The notes beneath the pieces are model-generated. The model saw nothing but the letters and a program-made list of their open reading frames with translations, did not search any database and was not told the DNA's origin. Both the position numbers and the translations under genes were made by a program. From positions 27,645 through 91,644 of the forward strand of contig NZ_JBQEDL010000013.1 in NCBI RefSeq assembly GCF_052106715.1: a stretch of 64,000 bases of DNA, in the 5' to 3' direction. Source of the stretch: Gordonia sp. (in: high G+C Gram-positive bacteria). GTDB lineage: Bacteria; Actinomycetota; Actinomycetes; Mycobacteriales; Mycobacteriaceae. Below are positions 48,003 through 57,400 of the stretch, piece by piece (position 1 is the stretch's first letter; every line of letters begins with the position of its first letter).

Positions 48003-48911
48003 CTACGCGAGCGACTCCGGCCAATAGTTCTTCAGGCACGTGACGGGCTGGCCGCCAGAAGTCAGTTTGTCGGTGAAGCCGCGAGTCAACGCGTGGATGC
48101 GTTCGATCGAGGTGCCGTGCCCTTGGCCGGGCAGCGGATCACCGATGCTGAAGATGAGGGCAGCGGCCTGGGCAATCTCCTTGATGGAGAGATCCTCCCG
48201 CGCGAAGACGGTGGCCGCCCAGTTGCCTGCGAAACAGTCCGCGAGGAGTTCGGGGTTGTCGCCGCTCGGCAACTGGGACCTGGTCATGCCGTAGGCGTCG
48301 GCCAGTCGATACATGACGTTGTGTCCGTACTCGTGCGCGACGATCGTCGCGGCCGTGAAATCGCCGAGCATGATGCCGTCGCTGCCGAAGAGTTTGCCGT
48401 CCCAGATGTCGGCGAACGTCTGGACAGGCAGGACGATGGAACCCTTGCGCTTGACGTCCTGCCCGTCGGGTTCGTCGTCGAGGGTGCAGAACAGGGCGTT
48501 CGCGAAGTCGCTGGTGAGTTCGTCCCCGCTGTTCTGCAGACACTTCGAAGCGAAGGTCTCACCGGGTTCGATGAGAACCCGGCCGGGCGTGATGTTCTCG
48601 ATGTTGAGCGCAGCGAACCAGTCCTGCCACGTGCGATCCAGGTCGTCGAGGACCTCGGTCAAGTAGGCGGGAACGGCTTCGGACGCGTTCTGCTCAGTGA
48701 CCCCGCTGTCGGCGACCGACTTCTCGGCGAAGACGGGCAGTTCGGGGCATTCGGTGCTCGTGCAGTGCCGCGGCGGCTGGGGCGGAGTGCGCACCGCCTC
48801 GCCGTCTTGGGTTGCGACGCATCCGGTCAAAACGAGTGACGTGACGACGGCACCGGTCAGCGCCGATATGAGTCGATTCGCGCATTTTCGGCGATCAGGA
48901 CGCTTTCGCAT
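48003..48911 (-). CDS. Neutral zinc metallopeptidase lipoprotein (YpfJ/PF04228-like)
   Basis: Lipobox LVLTGCV. HExxH motif (VAHEYGHNV). Several paired Cys residues. Confidence 0.7.
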   Translation of the reverse strand: MRKRPDRRKCANRLISALTGAVVTSLVLTGCVATQDGEAVRTPPQPPRHCTSTECPELPVFAEKSVADSGVTEQNASEAVPAYLTEVLDDLDRTWQDWFAALNIENITPGRVLIEPGETFASKCLQNSGDELTSDFANALFCTLDDEPDGQDVKRKGSIVLPVQTFADIWDGKLFGSDGIMLGDFTAATIVAHEYGHNVMYRLADAYGMTRSQLPSGDNPELLADCFAGNWAATVFAREDLSIKEIAQAAALIFSIGDPLPGQGHGTSIERIHALTRGFTDKLTSGGQPVTCLKNYWPESLA

Positions 48912-49030
48912 GAAGTGACGCTAACAGGACACGGGGCCGTACCGTCCCGACGCTGTCATTCGTGCGACCGTATGCTGGACTGGACAGTCGGCTTCGGCCG
49001 CCTCGCACCAGAACTCGGGAGACCTCGCCA

Positions 49031-49927
49031 ATGCCAGTGGAATTCGATTCGAACCCAGCTTTCGCCGCGTTCGCGCACCCGGAACGTCTTGTCAGCACCG
49101 AGTGGCTGTCGGCGCATCTGGGCGCGCCGGGACTCAAGATCGTCGAGTCGGACGAAGACGTCCTGCTCTACGACATCGGACACATCCCCACCGCGCAGAA
49201 GGTCGACTGGCATCTCCACCTGAACGACCCCGTGACGCGGGACTACATCAACGGTGAGCAGTTCGCGAAGTTGATGAGCGACAAGGGAATCGCGCGCGAG
49301 GACACTGTTGTCATATACGGCGACAAGAACAACTGGTGGGCGGCCTACGCCCTCTGGGTGTTCACGCTGTTCGGTCACGAAGACGTCCGCCTACTCGACG
49401 GCGGGCGCGACGCGTGGATGGACGAGCAGCGCGACACATCGTTCGACGTTCCGGAGTACCCGGCGACCGACTACCCGGTCGTCGAGCGCGACGACGCATC
49501 GATCCGCGCATTCGCCGAAGACGTGCTGACGTCGTTGGGGACGACGCCACTGATCGACGTCCGTTCGCCGCAGGAGTACACCGGCGAGCGCACCCACATG
49601 CCCGACTACCCCGAAGAAGGCGCGCTGCGCGGCGGTCACATCCCCACCGCCGTGTCGATCCCGTGGGCTAAGGCCGCAGCGCCCGACAGCCGATTCCGGT
49701 CCCGTCCGGAACTCGAGGAGATCTACGGCGCCTTCGACCCGAAGACGCCGACGATCGCCTACTGCCGGATCGGTGAGCGCTCGAGCCACACGTGGTTCGT
49801 GTTGACGCACCTGCTCGGCTTCCCGAACGTCCGGAACTACGACGGCTCGTGGACCGAGTGGGGCAACCGCGTCCGGGTCCCGATCGCGCAGGGCGAGGAG
49901 CCGGGTCCGGCTCCCGCCGCGCGCTGA
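49031..49927 (+). CDS. sseA: Thiosulfate/3-mercaptopyruvate sulfurtransferase (tandem rhodanese) SseA
   Basis: Two rhodanese domains. Active-site loop CRIGERSS. N-terminus [16 protein letters not shown] 49031 lies after GGGAGA. Rv3283 position. Confidence 0.88.
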   Translation: MPVEFDSNPAFAAFAHPERLVSTEWLSAHLGAPGLKIVESDEDVLLYDIGHIPTAQKVDWHLHLNDPVTRDYINGEQFAKLMSDKGIAREDTVVIYGDKNNWWAAYALWVFTLFGHEDVRLLDGGRDAWMDEQRDTSFDVPEYPATDYPVVERDDASIRAFAEDVLTSLGTTPLIDVRSPQEYTGERTHMPDYPEEGALRGGHIPTAVSIPWAKAAAPDSRFRSRPELEEIYGAFDPKTPTIAYCRIGERSSHTWFVLTHLLGFPNVRNYDGSWTEWGNRVRVPIAQGEEPGPAPAAR

Positions 49928-49940
49928 CAGGGGCGCTGCG

Positions 49941-50375
49941 ATGGCTCTGCCAAGCGCCCTGGCCGAGATCGTCGACGACTTCTCCGGGCTCGCCGACTCC
50001 GACAAGGTGACCATGCTGCTGGAGTTCGCGAACGACCTCCCGGACATCCCGGACTCCATGCACGAAGAAGCGATGGAGCCGGTCCCCGAGTGCCAGTCGC
50101 CGATCTTCCTTTCGGTGGACGCGTCCGATCCTTCGGCCGTCGCACTGTTTTTCAGTGCGCCGCCGCAAGCACCGACGACGCGCGGCTTCGCATCGATCCT
50201 GCACCAGGGTTTGAACGGCGCGTCCGCGCCGGAGATCACCGCCGTTCCCGCTGACTTCTTCCACGATCTCGGCCTGGCGTCGGTGATCAGCCCCCTGCGG
50301 CTGAACGGCATGGCCGGCATGCTCGGCCGGATCAAGCGGCAGGTGGCCGAGCAGACGAGCGGGCCGAACTCCTAA
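49941..50375 (+). CDS. SufE-like sulfur acceptor protein (Rv3284 counterpart)
   Basis: [32 protein letters not shown] carries the conserved Cys of the SufE/CsdE fold. 13 nt after sseA. Confidence 0.8.
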   Translation: MALPSALAEIVDDFSGLADSDKVTMLLEFANDLPDIPDSMHEEAMEPVPECQSPIFLSVDASDPSAVALFFSAPPQAPTTRGFASILHQGLNGASAPEITAVPADFFHDLGLASVISPLRLNGMAGMLGRIKRQVAEQTSGPNS

Positions 50376-50381
50376 CCTCGT

Positions 50382-51773
50382 ATGGATTTTCTGCAGATCC
50401 TCGACGACCACGTGGAACCCGGCGGGCTCGTCGAATGGATTCCAACCGTCGAGGGCGGCCTCGGTAGCTGGCAGCGCGACGGCAGACAGACCTCGCACAA
50501 CCACGAGCAGCATCTGCGCGCCGCGTTCGAGTATCGAGCCAGGACGCAACGCGAGGGCGGGCGTGAGTCGTGGCTCGGGCTGGCCATCGACTTCGACGAG
50601 CCGATGTCGGTGCCCGCGGTGCGGGCGGCGATGCTGGCGTGGATCGATCGCCACGAGGTCCTGCGCACCCACGTCGTCCTCAAGTACGACCACACCGAGC
50701 GCTACAGCACGCCCCGCGGAACAGTCCACCTGACGATGAGCCGTATCGGCTGGTACACCGAGACGCCGTTGCTATTGGAGCAGGTGGCCGGCTCGTTCGA
50801 CAGGGCGACCGCTCCCCTGCATTGGCCCGCGTACCGGTTCTCGACCGTCGCGCGGGCCGAGTCGTTCACGATCCTGTTCGCAGCCGACCATTCATTGGTC
50901 GACGGCTACTCGCTCGTGACCGCCCAGTACGAGTTGACCGAGCTGTACCACGCGGCTCGTGACGGTCGTCCGCACACGCTGGCACCGACGAACAGCTACA
51001 TCGAATTCAGCGACGCCGAGCGTGGACGCGCCGACGCGGCCGACGGCTCGCATCCGGCCGTGCAGACGTGGCGCGAGTTCTTGACGACGCACGGCAGCGT
51101 CCCCCGTTTCGCACCGTTGACGCCCGTCGACTCGTCGCCGGAGGAGCCCTTCGACATCGAGCACCCACCACAACAATCGCGGACGGTGCGGCTGCTCGAC
51201 GATGCGCAGACTCAGGTGCTCGAGAGTCTGTCTGCCGAGGCTGGCGGCAACCTGGTGGCCGGCCTGCTCGCCGCGATGGCGATCGCCTACCACCGGGCCG
51301 CGCCCGACCAGGAGTTCGCCGTCGTGATGCCGCGGCACACGCGCAACGATCGGGCGTGGTTGCACGCACTCGGATGGTTCGTCGGGCTCTCCCCGGTGGC
51401 CGTAGACGTTTCGGACTCGCCCGACATGCCGACCGCGACCCGGCGCGCCGCGCAGGGCCTTCGCGACGGTCGGCACGGTGCATCGCTGCCGTTCCTGAGA
51501 GTGGCCGAGCTGCTGGGCCCACCGCCCGCGCCGCGATTCGTCGTCTCCTACATGGACACGCGCGGCACGCCGACGGCGACGGACGCGGACGCAGGCTGGG
51601 CCCGCGTGCTGCGCAGTCATTCGTATTCGGGCGACGAGGTCTACATCTGGCTCAACCGCACACCGTCGGGTCTGCGTATGCATTCGCGCTTCCCGGCGGA
51701 GCAGCCGGGGCCGGTCCTGCCCTTTCTCGGCGACTTCGCCCAGCTACTGGCGAGTACAGCGGCGACCCTGTAG
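50382..51773 (+). CDS. Stand-alone condensation (C)-domain acyltransferase-like protein
   Basis: 463 aa with ILFAADHSLVDGYS (aa 164-177), a DHxxxDG variant of the HHxxxDG C-domain/PapA/WS-DGAT motif, at the expected position. Starts 6 nt after the sufE-like stop. Confidence 0.65.
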   Translation: MDFLQILDDHVEPGGLVEWIPTVEGGLGSWQRDGRQTSHNHEQHLRAAFEYRARTQREGGRESWLGLAIDFDEPMSVPAVRAAMLAWIDRHEVLRTHVVLKYDHTERYSTPRGTVHLTMSRIGWYTETPLLLEQVAGSFDRATAPLHWPAYRFSTVARAESFTILFAADHSLVDGYSLVTAQYELTELYHAARDGRPHTLAPTNSYIEFSDAERGRADAADGSHPAVQTWREFLTTHGSVPRFAPLTPVDSSPEEPFDIEHPPQQSRTVRLLDDAQTQVLESLSAEAGGNLVAGLLAAMAIAYHRAAPDQEFAVVMPRHTRNDRAWLHALGWFVGLSPVAVDVSDSPDMPTATRRAAQGLRDGRHGASLPFLRVAELLGPPPAPRFVVSYMDTRGTPTATDADAGWARVLRSHSYSGDEVYIWLNRTPSGLRMHSRFPAEQPGPVLPFLGDFAQLLASTAATL

Positions 51774-52019
51774 AACCAGTTCTCGAATTCCGAGGACGGC
51801 TTCAACCGAGCAATCGCTCGGTGCTATACGCTGAGTTCCGGAAATCGTGATGTTCCGAGATTCGGAGCACCTCGGTGAGCGCCACGCGTGGATACCTCCG
51901 CGAGCGACGCGCAAGCCCCGACGTCCGTCGACGAGCGGTCCGTATCGGACCGTCCGCCCCCCGGACGTCACTGCCCGCTACGACGAACGCCCACGCGTGG
52001 GCCCGCCCCAGGAGAGCCA

Positions 52020-53822
<1,803 letters not shown>

Positions 53823-53852
53823 CGATCGCCTAGCAGCCGCACACGCGAACTC

Positions 53853-54215
53853 ATGGAGCCGGTCGAAGTCTTCGCAGGGGCGTGGTATCTCCGCGCACTG
53901 CGAGACGACGACCGGCTCTCTGACGTCGTCGCCGTCGAGATGTTCGACATCGCCGACGCCGCCGCGTACATCCGTGCCGCGAACGACGGATGGGCCGACG
54001 AGTCCCGGTTCGTCTGGGCCGTGTGCGTCCCGACGACCGGCGAAACCGTCGCCCTGATCGGCGTCATCCCGACCGGTGACGACACCGCAGAGCTCGTCGG
54101 TGTCGCCCGCGACGGCCATGCCGACGCACTCGACGACGCGGTCGGTCCGGTGGCTCGGTTCGCCGAAGGCGCGCTCGGTCTGACGACCGGCGGACTCTCA
54201 GATACTCGCCCGTAG
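53853..54215 (+). CDS. Small hypothetical protein, possibly a truncated/degenerate GNAT fold
   Basis: 120 codons with high GC3. GAWYLRALRDDD resembles RimJ/L-type GNAT N-termini, but the acetyl-CoA motif is degenerate and the protein ends early. Confidence 0.5.
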   Translation: MEPVEVFAGAWYLRALRDDDRLSDVVAVEMFDIADAAAYIRAANDGWADESRFVWAVCVPTTGETVALIGVIPTGDDTAELVGVARDGHADALDDAVGPVARFAEGALGLTTGGLSDTRP

Positions 54216-54221
54216 GCGCGT

Positions 54222-54280
54222 CCTTACTCGCACGTATCGGGTCCGCGGACACCGATATCGCCTGCTACCAGCAAGTAAGG
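54222..54280 (+). terminator. Nested hairpin after the accA3/small-ORF unit
   Basis: Outer stem CCTTACT (54222-54228) / AGTAAGG (54274-54280). Inner stem TATCGGGTC / GAC(A)CCGATA (54235-54257) around a CGCG loop. Followed by GTTTCTTGT. Confidence 0.5.
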
Positions 54281-54426
54281 GTTTCTTGTCACACCTGAAA
54301 AGGTGGCCGCCCGCACATCGAACTTGCGACAATCGTCCACGGCACTATGTCGTGTGACTCCTGCCGAGCACACGACCGACCAACCACTCAGCCCGACCCG
54401 ACTTCCCCCACAGCAAGGAGCACTGC

Positions 54427-57400
54427 GTGTTCAAGCGCATCGCGATCGTGAACCGAGGCGAGGCCGGCATGCGCCTCATCAATGCCGTTCGAGACCTCAG
54501 CGCCGAGACCGGCGAGTCGATCGAGGTCGTCGCCCTGCACACCGATGTGGACCGCGCCTCTACCTATGTCCGGGAAGCCGACATCGCCTACGACCTCGGC
54601 CCGGCGTCCGCCCGGCCCTACCTCGACATGGCGGTCCTGGAACGGGCGCTGGTCGAGTCGGGCGCCGACGCGGCGTGGGTCGGCTGGGGCTTCGTCGCCG
54701 AGGATCCGGCGTTCGCCGAACTCTGCGACCGCATCGGCGTCACGTTCATCGGTCCGTCCGCCGAGGCGATGCACAAGCTGGGCGACAAGATCGGTGCCAA
54801 GCTGCTCGCCGAAGAGGTCGGCGTCCCCGTCGCCCCGTGGAGTCGCGGGCCGGTCAACGACGTCGAGGAGGCCAAGGAGGCCGCGGCGCACATCGGCTAC
54901 CCGCTGATGCTCAAGGCCACCGCGGGCGGCGGCGGTCGCGGCATCCGCAAGGTGTCCGACGACAGCGAACTTGTCGAGGCCTATCAGCGCACCCGCGAGG
55001 AGGCCGAGCGCGCCTTCGGCAGCGGTGTCGTCTTCCTCGAACGCCTCGTCACGGGCGCGCGCCACGTCGAGGTCCAGGTGATCGCCGACGGGCGGGGCAC
55101 CGCGTGGGCGCTCGGCGTCCGCGACTGCTCGGTGCAGCGACGCAATCAGAAGGTCATCGAGGAGTCCGCGTCGCCGGTACTCACCGACGAGCAGGCCGAC
55201 GAGGTCAAGACGTCGGCCGAGCGACTCGCGAACGCGGTCGGCTACCGCGGAGCCGCGACGGTGGAGTTCCTTTACCACCCGGGCGAGAAGCTGTTCGCCT
55301 TCCTCGAGGTCAACACCCGTCTGCAGGTGGAGCACCCGATCACCGAGCTGACCAACAGCTTCGACCTGGTCCGTGCGCAGCTGCACGTCGCATCCGGCCA
55401 CAGACTCGAGGGAGACAAGCCCGTCGAGCGCGGGCACGCCATCGAGGCGCGACTCAACGCCGAGGACCCCGACCGCGACTTCTCCCCCGCGCCCGGACGG
55501 ATCGCCCGCCTCAACCTCCCGACCGGCCCCGGCATCCGCGTCGACACCGGCGTCAGTGAGGGCGACACGATCCCCGCCGACTTCGACTCGATGATCGCGA
55601 AGGTCATCGCCTACGGCCGCGACCGCGACGAGGCGCTCGGCCGCTTGCGGCGCGCGATGAGCCGCACCGGCGTCATCATCGAAGGCGGCGCGACCAACAA
55701 GAGCTTCGTCCTCGAACTGCTCAATCAGCCCGAAGTCATCGACGGCTCGGCCGACACCGGATGGATCGATCGCGTCCGCGACGAAGGCCGTCTCGTCTCC
55801 CACCAGCACTCGACCGTCGCGCTCGCCGCGGCCGCCATCGACGCCTACGAGGAGGAGGAGTTCGCCGAGCGGACCCGCCTGTTCGTCACCGCGTCGGGCG
55901 GACGCCCGCAGGTCAACCACGAGAGCGGTCGCCCACTGGACTTCAAGCTCCGCGGTGTCACCTATCGGGTCCGCGTCGCCCGCGTCGGCGCGCATCGCTT
56001 CCGTATCGTCGTCGAGGCAGGCGAGGACTCGCGGACCGCCGACGTCGACCTCGAACGCTTCGACACGCACGCGGGCCAGGTCCGGATCAACGGTATCCGC
56101 TATCGACTGCTGACCGACACGTACGGTCCGATCCACCTGGTGGACGTCGACGGCATCACCCACCGCGTCAGCCGCGACGAAGGCGGCGTGGTCCGCGCAC
56201 CGGCTCCCGCTCTGGTGATCGCGACACCGCTGGAGGTCGGTGCCGAGGTCGAGGCGGGTGATCCCGTGCTCGTCCTCGAGTCCATGAAGATGGAGACCGT
56301 CCTGCGCGCACCGTTCAAGGCGCGTCTCAAAGAATGCGCGGTCTCGGTCGGAGCCCAGGTGGAGACCGGCGTCGCGCTGCTGCGCCTGGAGCCGATCGAA
56401 GACGACGCCGAAGCCGCCGAGACGACGTCCGCCGCCGCGGCGCTCGACCTCCCGGAGACTCCGGACCCCGTCGGCACCGACGAATTGTTCGCTCGCGGTC
56501 TCGAAGACCTCCGCGGCCTATTGCTCGGCTTCGACGGCGACCCCGCCGACAACGGCCGCCTCCTGTCGGATTATCTGGCGGCCCGCGACGACGCCGTCGC
56601 GAGCGGCTTCGCGCCGCACGAAGCCGAGACCGAGTTGGTGACCGTGTTCGGCGATATCGCCGCGCTGTCCGAACAGCGGCCGTCGGACGAGTCCGTCAGC
56701 GACGCTCGCGTGCACAGCGCTCGCGAGCACTTCCACACCTATCTGCAGAGCCTCGACGTCGACGTCGCCGCCGTCCCCGACCGCTTCCAGAAGAAGCTGT
56801 CGTACGCGTTGGAGCACTACGGGGTCGACGAACTCGAGCGCACCCCGGATCTGGAAGAAGCCGTGTTCCGGATCTTCCTGGCGTTGGGCCGTCAGGCCGA
56901 GACGATTCCGGTGGTCACCGCGGTCCTGCGCCGCTGGCTGAGCGAGCCCGCACCCGACCATGAGGACAGCGACGCGACCGGCCGGTCGCTCGAGCGCCTC
57001 GTCGCCGCGGCCCAGGGCCGTCTCCCGGTGGTCGCCGATCTGGCGCGAGGTGTACTGCACGCCTGGTACGGGCAGCCGCGTCTGCGTCGTACCCGCGACG
57101 CCGTCTACACCCGGGTCCGCGAACATCTCGCCGTCCTCGACGCCGACCCGCAGGCCGCCGACCGCGCCGACCGCATCGCCGACATGGTCCGCAGCACCGA
57201 GCCGCTCGTGTCGATCCTCAGTGAACGCCTCGAGAACGACGACCTCGACGACGCCGTCATGCTCGAAGTCTTGACGCGTCGGTACTACGGCAACAAGGGT
57301 GTCGCGAAGATCGCGTCGCATCGCACCGGTGGGTGCACGTTCGTCGTCGCAGAACGCGACGGGTCGACGCTGGTGTCGGTGGCCGCGAGCTTCGACGACC

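Noticed and set aside
49036-49056. GAATTCGATTCGAACCC, reminiscent of a tRNA T-arm
   Set aside because: It lies inside the well-supported sseA coding frame ([10 protein letters not shown]), and no cloverleaf can be built around it. No tRNA genes were found in the window.
54388-56163. 591-aa minus-strand ORF antisense to the 5' part of the giant carboxylase
   Set aside because: Same high-GC antisense artefact. The sense frame has unmistakable BC and BCCP motifs.
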